From an uncultured Prevotellaceae bacterium (GTDB lineage Bacteria; Bacteroidota; Bacteroidia; Bacteroidales; UBA3663): a stretch of 64,000 nt of DNA. This document shows, piece by piece, positions 30,616-40,870 of the stretch. The notes beneath the pieces are model-generated. The model had not been told where the DNA came from. It was given only the letters and a program-made list of their open reading frames with translations, and did not search any database. The translations under genes were made by a program, and so were the position numbers. The DNA lies in contig ONNR01000002.1 in assembly GCA_900319235.1 (NCBI GenBank), positions 165,424 through 229,423 on the forward strand. Direction: 5' to 3'. Position 1 is the stretch's first letter. Each line of letters starts with the position of its first letter.

Positions 30616-32223
30616 ATGAGAACTATTTCCCGACTTCTCTTCGTGAGCCTGATGACTATGATGGCAGCAACGGTCGTTGCTCAGAATCCTTACCTTCCGC
30701 TGTGGGAGTTTATTCCCGATGGCGAACCATACGTCTTCGAGGATCCCGACAATCCGGGACAGTATCGCGTCTATATCTACGGCTCGCACGACAATCTGGT
30801 GACCATGTACTGCGGCTTGGATCAGGTTGTCTGGTCGGCTTCGGTCGATGACCTGCGTCATTGGCGTTATGATGGTGTTATTTTCGAATCGAAGAAAGAT
30901 GCGTTGGGCAATAACCTACATCCCGATGGCAAGGGAGATGTCCTTTTTGCTCCCGATGTCAACGAGGTGGTTGGCAAGGATGGTACAAAGACCTATTACC
31001 TCTATCCAAACAACCAGGCGGGAGGCCGACAGACGATGGTAGCCAAATCGAATCGTCCCGATGGTCCCTTCGAGGTATGCAACTGGAGTCCGGACAATCC
31101 TAAGCAGACTATCGGCATCTTGGGATTCGACCCAGCTGTCTTCACCGACACCGATGGACGCACCTACGCCTATTGGGGCTTTGAGCAGTCGAATGGCGCC
31201 GAACTTGACCCCACGACGATGGCCACGGTGAAACCGGGGACTAAGATTGTGGAAAATATGATACCAAGCAGCAAACAGGATCATACCTATCGCTTCTTCG
31301 AGGCTTCGTCAATGCGCAAGATCGAGGACAAGTACGTCTTCGTTTATAGTCGTGTGACCAATGATGGAGAAGATGGTTTGCCCAGTTGCAACTACACGTT
31401 GGCCTATTGCTATGGCAACAGTCCGCTTGGTCCTTGGACCTACGGAGGCACCATCATCGATGGCCGTGGAAAGGAACATCGTCCCGATGGCACCACTGTT
31501 GCCACCGCAACACCTTTCGGCAACACGCATGGCAGCATCTGTCAGATTGGCGACCAGTGGTACGTCTTCTATCATCGTCAGGCTGGTACCGATGAGTACG
31601 GACGTCAGGCTATGGTAGCTCCTATTCGTGTTGAGGTAGTGAGTGGGGAAGATGGCTATGTCCGTATCTCCGAGGCAGAGTTCACCTCTGAAGGTTTCCT
31701 CACGGAGGGACTTGATCCCTACGAGACCTATCCCGCAGGAATCGCTTGCTACTATATGGGTCCTGAACCAGCCGTGCAGGACTATCCCAACGTCCATTAC
31801 ACGGGGTCGCATACGGCTATCGTGCGCAACCAGTACGACGGCAGGAAGGACGTCTATGCCCCCGAGGTGAACCGTTGCCCCGTGGTCAACAACACGGCAG
31901 GCTCGGTGGTGGGCTACAAGTACTATGACTTCAGCAAGACCTTCGGCCAGACGGGGCTGCAGCTCGTGCTCGACTTTACGCCCGAGGGCACGGCCGGCAC
32001 GATTGACGTCCTGATTGACCGTCCGTCGGAGACCGAGGGCGGCGTGCGCCTTGCTACGCTCCGTGTGTACGACGGATGCCTCATCGAGCCTATTACAACG
32101 CGTATTGATGTGGAGCAACTGAAATACTATAACGGCAAGCATGCGCTGTTCTTCGTCTTTGATTCCGACACGAAGAAGCAGTCGATCTGCCAGCTCAACT
32201 ATCTGCATTTCGAACATCAATAA
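30616..32223 (+). CDS. Glycoside hydrolase family 43-like protein with C-terminal CBM6-like module
   Basis: NPYLPLWEFIPDGEP, YIYGSHD, LFAPD, GFDPAVF, FFEASS, NTHGSI, YVFYHR. Confidence 0.85.
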   Translation: MRTISRLLFVSLMTMMAATVVAQNPYLPLWEFIPDGEPYVFEDPDNPGQYRVYIYGSHDNLVTMYCGLDQVVWSASVDDLRHWRYDGVIFESKKDALGNNLHPDGKGDVLFAPDVNEVVGKDGTKTYYLYPNNQAGGRQTMVAKSNRPDGPFEVCNWSPDNPKQTIGILGFDPAVFTDTDGRTYAYWGFEQSNGAELDPTTMATVKPGTKIVENMIPSSKQDHTYRFFEASSMRKIEDKYVFVYSRVTNDGEDGLPSCNYTLAYCYGNSPLGPWTYGGTIIDGRGKEHRPDGTTVATATPFGNTHGSICQIGDQWYVFYHRQAGTDEYGRQAMVAPIRVEVVSGEDGYVRISEAEFTSEGFLTEGLDPYETYPAGIACYYMGPEPAVQDYPNVHYTGSHTAIVRNQYDGRKDVYAPEVNRCPVVNNTAGSVVGYKYYDFSKTFGQTGLQLVLDFTPEGTAGTIDVLIDRPSETEGGVRLATLRVYDGCLIEPITTRIDVEQLKYYNGKHALFFVFDSDTKKQSICQLNYLHFEHQ

Positions 32224-32233
32224 ACGGCTATCG

Positions 32234-33085
32234 ATGAACAGTATCCTTATCGTACTTCCTATCCTGACGCTGCTGATGTTCGACCTGGGGCTCACGTTGC
32301 GTCCCAATGACTTCTTGCTAGTATTCAAGCAGCCGAAGGCCATTTTGCTTGGTCTTGCCGGACAGTTGATTCTCCTTCCACTTATTGCCTTTGCATTGGC
32401 TGAGATGTTCCATCTGGCCCCCTTGTTCTATATAGGCGTTGTGCTCATTGCCTGCTGCCCTGGCGGTTCGTCGAGCAATGTCTTCTCAATGCTTGCCAAA
32501 GGTGATGTTGCATTGTCGGTATCACTCACGGCGCTCAGTTCGATTATTACGCTCTTTACAGTGCCTCTCATTCTCGACTGGACTACGACGCAGGTGGGCG
32601 AGGCAGTAGGCATTCATCTGCCTGTCGGAAATCTGCTGATGCAGAACCTTGTCACTATGCTTATTCCAATTCTGTTGGGTATCGGTGTGAATCATTTCTG
32701 GCCGGTTGCTGCGACACGCATGGAACGCGTGCTCTCGAAGATCGCCTTCCCCGCCCTGATGCTTCTGGCAGGTATCTTCTTTGTACAGCATCACAACACC
32801 ATTGCCGACAATTTCGGTGTCCTTGGTTTCTGCCTCACTGCTTTGATTCTCCTTGCTATCGGAGCATCATGGTTGGCAGGTCATCTGTGTGGCCTTGAGA
32901 CACGCGAGAAGCGAACCATCGTCATTGAGGTGGGCATGCAGAATGCAGCACAGGCTATTGCCATTGCTTCTAGCCCATTCATTTTCAACAATGGCGTCAT
33001 CGCCATTCCTGCCATCATCTATGCATTGATGATGAACGTAGTCCTGCTCACCTACGTCGGCATCATCATCAAGCGCAGGAAATAA
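32234..33085 (+). CDS. Bile acid:sodium symporter (BASS) family transporter
   Basis: CCPGGSSSN, GDVALSVSLT, IEVGMQN; multiple TM helices; start reassigned to ATG 32234. Confidence 0.92.
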   Translation: MNSILIVLPILTLLMFDLGLTLRPNDFLLVFKQPKAILLGLAGQLILLPLIAFALAEMFHLAPLFYIGVVLIACCPGGSSSNVFSMLAKGDVALSVSLTALSSIITLFTVPLILDWTTTQVGEAVGIHLPVGNLLMQNLVTMLIPILLGIGVNHFWPVAATRMERVLSKIAFPALMLLAGIFFVQHHNTIADNFGVLGFCLTALILLAIGASWLAGHLCGLETREKRTIVIEVGMQNAAQAIAIASSPFIFNNGVIAIPAIIYALMMNVVLLTYVGIIIKRRK

Positions 33086-33221
33086 GCCTCGTTTCATGGC
33101 ACATGTACTTGTCTATGTGCCAATTTTTCTACATCTTTTGTCATTTTTCGAAGACAAAATTTGGCATTTTCGTCAAGATGCTTTATATTTGCATCGTCAA
33201 TATCAATGAAAGCATCTTAAC

Positions 33222-33986
33222 ATGGAAAATCAAATTAGTGTCTTAAATATCAAACTCGAGGATGCTCCTTTCTATAAACGGGAAGGGGTGATGGCCTGTG
33301 AAGGTGTCGCGAGTGAAAGCGATGTCGCGTTCGTCGGGAAGATACAGAACGTGTATGTCGTTTGTGACACGAAGGGACTCATCAAAAGTGTATTGGCCTA
33401 TTTCCCCGATGACATCAAAGCCATTGACATGGCGCCAGACTACAATCTGGCTGTCAAGTATTATGTGCCACAGCGACTGGTGGCCTATCGCAACGTGCAA
33501 GGCGAGATCATCAGTGCCGCCGAGTTTATGCGTATGTATCCGGAAGTTTATGTGCAATTGCTCAAAGGATTGAAACATGCTCACTTCCGCACCGAACGAT
33601 GGCCATTGTTCCGTCAGTTCGAAGCTGATTGTTACCGTACATTGAAAGTGAATGAAAGCCTCGTCAAGCAATATGTTGCCGACGAGGAGGGTTCCACTCG
33701 TTACACTGAGATGCTTCGTGTCGTCGAGACCGATGGCTCATTGGGCAATTGCAATTTCGAAAGCAAGATTATACGATGCACAAAATCAGGCACGCCTGTC
33801 GAAATGTTCACCGATACGCTGCAGGCCAATGTCTATCAGTTGCTGGAAAAAGGATACGATTGTCTGTCGGACGATGGATATTCGGACATCCTTGCATCCA
33901 TTGAGCAGTATCGACGCGATGTGCATGAGGCGGAAATGAGGCTTTCCGAGCGTATTGAAAAGATTCTGTCGAACCCAATTAAATAG
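33222..33986 (+). CDS. Hypothetical protein
   Basis: 254-aa ORF after TATATTTG promoter element; no family recognised. Confidence 0.72.
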   Translation: MENQISVLNIKLEDAPFYKREGVMACEGVASESDVAFVGKIQNVYVVCDTKGLIKSVLAYFPDDIKAIDMAPDYNLAVKYYVPQRLVAYRNVQGEIISAAEFMRMYPEVYVQLLKGLKHAHFRTERWPLFRQFEADCYRTLKVNESLVKQYVADEEGSTRYTEMLRVVETDGSLGNCNFESKIIRCTKSGTPVEMFTDTLQANVYQLLEKGYDCLSDDGYSDILASIEQYRRDVHEAEMRLSERIEKILSNPIK

Positions 33987-33988
33987 GA

Positions 33989-35506
33989 ATGATTATGGCA
34001 GAGCTATCTTCGCAAATGTCCCCGCAGAAGGAGGCATATCTAAGGAATGAATTACACAACTTCACGACAAAGATCACCAATCTGAGGTTGCGTGTAATCT
34101 TTATGTCGATGTTCTACAAGGTGAGTGCCATCGAACCTTATTTCAACTTGTCTTTCGAGGAGTTCGTGTCCCGGATTGACCGACCATTGCGATCCATCGA
34201 TGTCAAGTTGCTCTATTTGCGGGTGCGCGATTTCCAGCGCATCTACGATAGGGTGATGAACATTCCCGTCGAACAACTTGATGTCGAGGAGATCATCCAG
34301 AAGTTCCCCTTCCTGGGCGAATCGGAGGCCGGGTTTGTGGAGTCGTTCAAGGCTGAACATGGATATTATCCGATGTTCTTCCTTCTGGAGCATCGTTTGT
34401 CGAAAGCCACCAGGAAGGAGGAAAAGATATTTGCCATGTTCAATGGCATCGGCAAATACATGGCGAAGGATCGACGCGACATAGCACAGGAGATAGGGTT
34501 GTCGAGCGAACGTGTGCGTCAGTATCTCTATAAACCTATCATGAAGAAAGACGCGTACCTGATGAAGAATCCCGATTGGAATCGTTATGACCTGATGGAT
34601 GAAATCATCCTGACGCCGACGACTTCCGATTTTGCCAAGATCTCAGAGCGTGAATCGCTGTCGACCGAGTTCGAGGGTTTCCTTGCAATGGTTTGTCTGT
34701 CGGACAAGTTTAAGATGTGCAAAATCATGAAGGAATCCTATGCCATCGCATCAACCTTGGCCGACATATACAATTGGGAAGCAGGATGCAAGGCGGTGCT
34801 GGAGGCTTCGAAGAAAAAGTACGATCATGACACCGATGTGCCCTTCCTTTCTGTTCTGCCACATGTTGATGCCTTGTTCCCCGACATCCGTGATGCCGTG
34901 TTCGATATTATGGCTATACTGGCCTACGAACTTTTTGGCATCGAGGTCCAGCAGAAGCATCATTTCCACTTTACTCAGAATGGAATCAACGAGACATATG
35001 CCTTGGTTGACATCCTTAATCACAATGGAATACCGATGCATATGCGCGAACTGCTCATGACCTTCAATACGCAGCATCCCAAGTGGGCTCTCGACGATGT
35101 GTCGACGGCCAAGAAACTGCTCAACAAGAGTGATGAGGTCTTTGCATGCGGCTATTCGGATATGTACTCTTCGGATAAATGTGCCGATCCTTTGGAGGTA
35201 TACGATGTCATCGAGAACATCGTTCGTGATATGCCCGACTATCCTGTGCATATTGACGAGATTATGGATGAGGTGCACGAATATTACCCCAATGCAAGTC
35301 GCAAAAGTGTGGAGGATCTCATCTTTTATTATGAAGCCATCGACGTGGTTCGCCTCGAAGATGACTACTACGCCTGGCGAGATAGTTACAAGGGCAGCGG
35401 CACCTATCATTCCACGCTCAAGATGCTTCCGCTCGATCGCAAGCTCGAGTACCTTCGCTATGCGCGCGATTGCCGCTATCGTGCCGAGACTTTCGGCAAG
35501 GCATAA
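33989..35506 (+). CDS. Hypothetical protein with sigma-70 region-4-like HTH and probable C-terminal winged helices
   Basis: RRDIAQEIGLSSERVRQ; IL..NG.PMH.REL and YPVHIDEI..EV...YP segments. Confidence 0.72.
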   Translation: MIMAELSSQMSPQKEAYLRNELHNFTTKITNLRLRVIFMSMFYKVSAIEPYFNLSFEEFVSRIDRPLRSIDVKLLYLRVRDFQRIYDRVMNIPVEQLDVEEIIQKFPFLGESEAGFVESFKAEHGYYPMFFLLEHRLSKATRKEEKIFAMFNGIGKYMAKDRRDIAQEIGLSSERVRQYLYKPIMKKDAYLMKNPDWNRYDLMDEIILTPTTSDFAKISERESLSTEFEGFLAMVCLSDKFKMCKIMKESYAIASTLADIYNWEAGCKAVLEASKKKYDHDTDVPFLSVLPHVDALFPDIRDAVFDIMAILAYELFGIEVQQKHHFHFTQNGINETYALVDILNHNGIPMHMRELLMTFNTQHPKWALDDVSTAKKLLNKSDEVFACGYSDMYSSDKCADPLEVYDVIENIVRDMPDYPVHIDEIMDEVHEYYPNASRKSVEDLIFYYEAIDVVRLEDDYYAWRDSYKGSGTYHSTLKMLPLDRKLEYLRYARDCRYRAETFGKA

Positions 35507-35601
35507 GATTTTTTCTGACGGTCGGTATTCGTTATTTCGCTATGCCGTAATTCCGTTATACCGTAATTCCGGAATAACGACATAAAATATAATAAACATT
35601 A

Positions 35602-35633
35602 AGCAGGGGCATCTCCATCGAGATGCCCCTGCT
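35602..35633. terminator. Terminator hairpin between convergent genes
   Basis: AGCAGGGGCATCTC / GAGATGCCCCTGCT perfect inverted repeat. Confidence 0.8.
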
Positions 35634-35653
35634 GTAGTCTTTGGGTTTTGGAA

Positions 35654-37063
35654 TCAATATGCCGAATTCTGAGTGATGACGTTAGGATTCTGGTCAATAA
35701 CCTTCTGCGGAATGGGAAGGAGGAACTGACTGTCGCTGTTGAAGGTCAGTGTGCCTAACTTCTTGCAGCTGCTCAATACACTGACGGCCTTGCCAAGACG
35801 AAGGAGGTCGAACATACGATGATACTCGAAGGCGAACTCCAGCTGACGCTCGTGCATCAAAGCTTCGACACTATAGGTCGTGGTGCGTGGTGCACCCGCA
35901 CGGTCTTGTACCTGGTTCATGTACTGGACGTCGCCTGTAGCCTCGGAGAGCATCAACAGTACGTCAGCATATCGCAGAATCATGAAGTTGTTGTCCGAAG
36001 CCTCACGCAGTCCGGTGACCTCGGCATTGTCGTCGCGCCACTTGATGGTGAATTTGGTGGGCACAAACTTGCCGTCGGCAGTGGTGTAGCCTACCTGAAT
36101 TGACTTGTCACGACGCGAATCGACTACACCGTCAGTGGTGTAGGCATCGTAAAGCTCGTCCTCTGGCTGGTTGTAGCCACCGCCCCATGCCGTAACCACG
36201 CGGTTGTCGATGGGGGAGAAGAGTGCCCAGTACATCGAGTAGGGGTTGCCAATGCCACCCTTATACTGTACTTCGAAGATCGACTCTGAACTGTTCTTGT
36301 AACTGAGGTCCCAGAGATTGGCATAATCATCGAGCAGTTTGAAGCGTCCTGAGTTATAGACCTTAAGCAGTGCATTTTTTGCATTGTCCTTCTGTCCTGT
36401 GGTCAGATAAACCTTGCCAAGGAGAGCATTGGCAGCGTCGCTAGTGGCAGCACCAGCAACGCGTTCCTTCGACTTGTCTGGCAGGTTGCTGGCTGCATAG
36501 TTCAGGTCATCAATGATCTGAGCATACACGTCGGTTACGTTCGAACGTGCGATACCATAGGCCTCTGAGCCGCTTACGGGAGTGGTCACCAATGGAATGT
36601 CACCCCACATACGCACCATGTCGAAGTAGTAGAGGGCACGCAGGAAACGCACCTCGCCTACTAGGCTGTTCAGTGCATCATTGCCTTCGGCGTTCTTGAT
36701 GATGTTGTTCATACGATAGATTGCCTGGTAGTAGATTTCCCAGTAGTTCTCTACAACCGAGTTGCTGGTGTTCATACCCTGATGGGTGTCGAAGGCTTCG
36801 GTGTCGCCCACCTGTCCTGCCGTATTGTCGGTGTGGGTCTCGTCCGACCAAATTTCTCCGAAATAGTACATCAGACCCTCGGCTCCGTAGGTGTCGTAAA
36901 GGGTGGAATAGCAGGCGGGAAGTGCTGTAAGCAACTGGTCGCTTGTCACATAGTAACCTGCTTCGCTGGCTGAACTGATTGGATTTTTCTCAAGGAAATC
37001 GTCGCAGCTGACAGCCAATGTAGCTCCTGCGGCCAAAGCTAAGATATATTTGAAGCTTTTCAT
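35654..37063 (-). CDS. RagB/SusD family lipoprotein
   Basis: Lipobox AVSC, GEVRFLRALYYFDMVRMWG.IP, LRYADVLLM..EA, ERQLEFAFE.HR.FDL.R. Confidence 0.95.
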   Translation of the reverse strand: MKSFKYILALAAGATLAVSCDDFLEKNPISSASEAGYYVTSDQLLTALPACYSTLYDTYGAEGLMYYFGEIWSDETHTDNTAGQVGDTEAFDTHQGMNTSNSVVENYWEIYYQAIYRMNNIIKNAEGNDALNSLVGEVRFLRALYYFDMVRMWGDIPLVTTPVSGSEAYGIARSNVTDVYAQIIDDLNYAASNLPDKSKERVAGAATSDAANALLGKVYLTTGQKDNAKNALLKVYNSGRFKLLDDYANLWDLSYKNSSESIFEVQYKGGIGNPYSMYWALFSPIDNRVVTAWGGGYNQPEDELYDAYTTDGVVDSRRDKSIQVGYTTADGKFVPTKFTIKWRDDNAEVTGLREASDNNFMILRYADVLLMLSEATGDVQYMNQVQDRAGAPRTTTYSVEALMHERQLEFAFEYHRMFDLLRLGKAVSVLSSCKKLGTLTFNSDSQFLLPIPQKVIDQNPNVITQNSAY

Positions 37064-37082
37064 TGTCTTATTACTTTATAGA

Positions 37083-40000
37083 TTAGAAACTCAGGTTTAC
37101 GCCCACTGTGGCTGTGAATGGATTGGGATAAGCGCCATAGTCGAAGCCGACGAAAGCGCCTGTCTGGAAGGTCGAGCCTTCGGGGTCATAGTTCTCATAG
37201 TCGCTCCATACATGGACATTTTCGAGGTTGCAATAGAGCTTGAGGCCAGCGATGTGGAGAGCATCGCATACCTTCTTGTTGAAAGTGTAGCCCAATCGGA
37301 TGTTCTTCAGACGTACGAACGAACCGTCGTCAATCCACATGTCGGTGGTCTTCTGCTGGCAGGTGTTCGAAACGGTGCGTGGCTTGGGAGTCTTGCCATC
37401 GCCTGGTTCGGCATCGCTCTTCCAGAAGTTCGAGCGGCTTGCATAAAGGTTGCGTGCACCATTGTAGAAGCCAAGGAAACGGGCGTTCTGGTTCATAATC
37501 TCATTGCCTTGTACGCCGGTCAGCATCACAGTGAGGTCAAAGCCCTTGAAAGTGAAGGTATTGGTCCATCCCCAGGTGAAATCTGCCTGATAGCTGCCCA
37601 ACTTGGTCTGGTCGTTCGAATCAATCTTGCCGTTGCCATCCACATCCACTACCTTCGGGTCACCAGCTTCCGAGCCAGCCCATTTGGGAAGATTGCTGTT
37701 GTTGATGTCTTCGGTCGAGAGCACACCATCGAGCTTGTAGCCGTAATAGTAGAAGAGCTCATCACCCACAGAAGTGCGTGCCTGACAGCTGTTCCACGAC
37801 TTGTCAATAGGCGCGTCATTGTTGCCCAGTTTCAGTACCTCGTTACGGTTGAACGAAATGTTGAAATCAGAGGTCCATCTGAAGTTTCGTGTTACTACTG
37901 GTTGGCCATAGAGGTGGAACTCCATACCCCAGTTCTGCATCTCACCGATGTTCTGGAGCGAAGAGGTAAACCCTGAAAGAACAGGAATAGGCACGTCGAG
38001 CAGCATATCGGTGGTCTTCGACTTATAGTAGTCAATCTCCGTGCCCAAGCGGTTGCCCAGGAAGCTGGCGTCGAGGCCAAGGTCAAACTGACCTGTCTTC
38101 TCCCATTTGAGGTCGGATGCGGGGTAGGAGTAGGTGTACATGCCTGAAACGACAGAGCCGTTCTCAACGTAAGTGGCATCGCTCTTCAACAGACCAATGG
38201 CGCCATAGTTGCCGATGTTGTTGTTGCCGGTCACACCATAGCTCATGCGAAGCTTCAGGTTGTCGAGCCAGCCTTTGGTGCCCTCCATGAAGGGCTCGTC
38301 AGAGATGCGCCAAGCCAGTGAGCCAGAGGGGAACCAGCCCCAGGGATTCTCGGAGCCGAAACGCGACGAACCGTCGGCGCGAACGCTTGCAGTAGCCAGA
38401 TAACGTCCCTTATATGAATAGTTGGCACGAGCAATAAATGAAGCCAGGCTCCATTCCTCTTCGTTGTTGCTCCAACTGCTGATCTTGGTGGCAGCGTTGA
38501 GTGTATATACCAGGTCATTGCCGGGATAGCCTGCACCGGTCACAGAGAGGTACTCGAACTTGTCTTCCTGCATCGTGAAGCCGACGAGGGCCGATACGAA
38601 ATGATCCTCATTGAAGGTCTTGGCATAGTTGAGTGTGTTTTCCCACGCCCAGTTGGTCTCACGCCAGTGCTGGCGTGTGCCGGTCTCGGCCACCCAACCA
38701 GAATAGCCATAGTCCTGGCCCTCGTTCCAGTGGTACTTGTACTGCCAATCTTCGATGCTGGTGTTGAAAGCTGTCTTGAAGGTCAATCCGTCGAAGACTT
38801 TCCACTCCAGTGCAGCATTGCCGAGGAAGTTGAGTTGCTCCTTGTGCTTGTCTGACTCACGGGTGAGCGAGTAGGGGTGCCACAGTTGGAAACCGTATTT
38901 CACGAAAGTGTACCACATGGAGCTTGGGTCCTTGAAGCCCAGCGAACCCACTTCATTGCGAACAGGGAAGATAGGATCGCTTTGTACGGCGAGGCTGACT
39001 ACGTCCGACTTGCCGGCGGTACCATGGTCCACCTTGTCTGAGCGGCTGAAGCTGAGATTGAGCGTAGCCTTCAGGTTCTTGTTGAGTTGCGAGGTGATGT
39101 TACTGCGTACGTTGATGCGCTTGTAGCGGGTCTTGTCTACTACGCCATCCTGATCAACCAGACCTGTCGAAATGAGGAACTGCACCTTCTCATTTCCACC
39201 GCTTGCACTCACTTGTGCATTGTGGGTTTGTGCTGTGCGGAGTACGACGTCCTGCCAATCAGTGCCGTTTCCGATACGAGCCAGCCAGGTGGCATCGGAG
39301 AACTCGTCGGGCACATAGTAGTTCGCCATCGAGGCTGAGGGTTGTAGTGCGGGGTTGGTCTTGGCAGCAGTGGCGTATGAATTGCGGCGAGCTGTCGATT
39401 CATACTCGATCCACTGAGGGCCGTCCATCATATCCATGGTACGAAGCACTTTCGAGAGACCGAATTCGTAGTTGACGTCAACTTTCGTCTTGCCGCTCTT
39501 GCCCTGACGTGTGGTGATGAGCACGACACCGTTGGCGCCACGGCTACCATAGATGGCGGCCGATGAGGCATCCTTCAGAATCTCGATACTCTCGATATCG
39601 TTGGGGTTGATGTTGTTCATTGGGTTGCGGTTGAAGTCATAGCTGCCGCCGTTTGTGCCCGTCGAATTGGAGTTGTCCTCGAGCGGGATGCCGTCGATGA
39701 CATAGAGCGGGGTAGTACCGGCATTGACCGACGATGCACCACGCACCTTGATTGAAGGAGCCAGGCCAGGGGCACCCTGCGACTGGGTGATCTGTACACC
39801 CGACACTTGTCCCTGTAATGACTGCATAGCGTTGGTGTAGCTGCGTTCCTTCAGTTTGTCGGCGCCTACGCGGGCTACCGAGCCAGTGAGGTCACGTTTC
39901 TTGACCGCACCGTAACCTACTACCACAACTTCGTCGAGGTCTTCGAGTTCACTCTTGAGGTTCACGTTGATGATGTTCTTGCCGTTCACGGCGATGTCTT

Positions 40001-40250
40001 CCTGCTGATAACCTACGTAACGAATCTGCAAAGTACTACGGGCACCTGCCATGATGCTGTAGTTGCCATCCATATCGGTGATAGTACCATTGTTAGTACC
40101 CTTCTCCTGAATGGTGACGCCGACGAGAGGATCTCCGTTCTCATCGACAATTTTACCCTTGATGACTTGGGTTTGCGCAAATGCTGCTACTGAAAGCGAG
40201 GCACATATGAGCAATGCACAAGCTTTCCTTGCGAAATTTGTCGAATTCAT
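37083..40250 (-). CDS. SusC/RagA TonB-dependent transporter
   Basis: EVVVVGYG, LKDASSAAIYGSRGANGVVLITT, RADGSSRFG, C-terminal Phe. Confidence 0.96.
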   Translation of the reverse strand: MNSTNFARKACALLICASLSVAAFAQTQVIKGKIVDENGDPLVGVTIQEKGTNNGTITDMDGNYSIMAGARSTLQIRYVGYQQEDIAVNGKNIINVNLKSELEDLDEVVVVGYGAVKKRDLTGSVARVGADKLKERSYTNAMQSLQGQVSGVQITQSQGAPGLAPSIKVRGASSVNAGTTPLYVIDGIPLEDNSNSTGTNGGSYDFNRNPMNNINPNDIESIEILKDASSAAIYGSRGANGVVLITTRQGKSGKTKVDVNYEFGLSKVLRTMDMMDGPQWIEYESTARRNSYATAAKTNPALQPSASMANYYVPDEFSDATWLARIGNGTDWQDVVLRTAQTHNAQVSASGGNEKVQFLISTGLVDQDGVVDKTRYKRINVRSNITSQLNKNLKATLNLSFSRSDKVDHGTAGKSDVVSLAVQSDPIFPVRNEVGSLGFKDPSSMWYTFVKYGFQLWHPYSLTRESDKHKEQLNFLGNAALEWKVFDGLTFKTAFNTSIEDWQYKYHWNEGQDYGYSGWVAETGTRQHWRETNWAWENTLNYAKTFNEDHFVSALVGFTMQEDKFEYLSVTGAGYPGNDLVYTLNAATKISSWSNNEEEWSLASFIARANYSYKGRYLATASVRADGSSRFGSENPWGWFPSGSLAWRISDEPFMEGTKGWLDNLKLRMSYGVTGNNNIGNYGAIGLLKSDATYVENGSVVSGMYTYSYPASDLKWEKTGQFDLGLDASFLGNRLGTEIDYYKSKTTDMLLDVPIPVLSGFTSSLQNIGEMQNWGMEFHLYGQPVVTRNFRWTSDFNISFNRNEVLKLGNNDAPIDKSWNSCQARTSVGDELFYYYGYKLDGVLSTEDINNSNLPKWAGSEAGDPKVVDVDGNGKIDSNDQTKLGSYQADFTWGWTNTFTFKGFDLTVMLTGVQGNEIMNQNARFLGFYNGARNLYASRSNFWKSDAEPGDGKTPKPRTVSNTCQQKTTDMWIDDGSFVRLKNIRLGYTFNKKVCDALHIAGLKLYCNLENVHVWSDYENYDPEGSTFQTGAFVGFDYGAYPNPFTATVGVNLSF

Positions 40251-40577
40251 ATTTAAAATATTTGGTTATAATTGGTTCTGTATTCAATGAGTGTCTGCGG
40301 CTCATAGCGGAGTCAGAACCTTTAAAGCTCTCAGCTATGGACTCGGTGTGTTTGATCTTTTCTTAGCTTTTCTTTCTTTTTTTTGTGTGATTTTTGTTTT
40401 TATGGGTTAATAATTTGTGTTAAGAGTATAAATGATGCAAATTGTATCGGTTTTGCGCTGCAAATATATGGCTTTTATTTTAAAAAAGCAAAAAAACGAA
40501 AGAAAAAATGAAAAATAATAAATATTTTTATCCTCTTTGTGATGATTTATAGTCTTTCCTAGGGTTTGCGATACCCT

Positions 40578-40620
40578 AAAAAACGCGAAGAGCCCCGACA
40601 CACGTCGGGACTCTTCGCAA
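40578..40620 (-). terminator. Intrinsic terminator closing a short upstream transcript
   Basis: Minus strand GCGAAGAGTCCCGAC-GTGT-GTCGGGGCTCTTCGC then GTTTTTT. Confidence 0.8.
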
Positions 40621-40651
40621 ATACACAGCGGCGGCCGTTCAATCAGCTCTG

Positions 40652-40702
40652 TCAGTTTCGGCCACCATTAAAATAAAATTCCCTATTCCAAATCATCATC
40701 AT
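40652..40702 (-). other. Candidate 16-aa leader peptide MMMIWNREFYFNGGRN
   Basis: Mini-ORF just downstream of a TATATTTG promoter element and upstream of paired hairpins and a terminator. Confidence 0.4.
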
Positions 40703-40870
40703 CCGCTTTTTCTGAGTGCAAATATAAAAGATTCCCGCTTTATTCGCAAATAATTTTCGAATAAAGTGGGAAAATAACGTAAAATAGTATAATATTTCGA
40801 GAATTTGATAAATATAAGTATCAAAAACGAGTAAAAGTCACGTAAAATGCTATATAAATCGTAATTCTTG

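Noticed and set aside
40251-40560. Riboswitch in the susC leader
   Set aside because: No recognisable TPP, cobalamin, SAM or FMN consensus by eye; an Rfam search would be needed.
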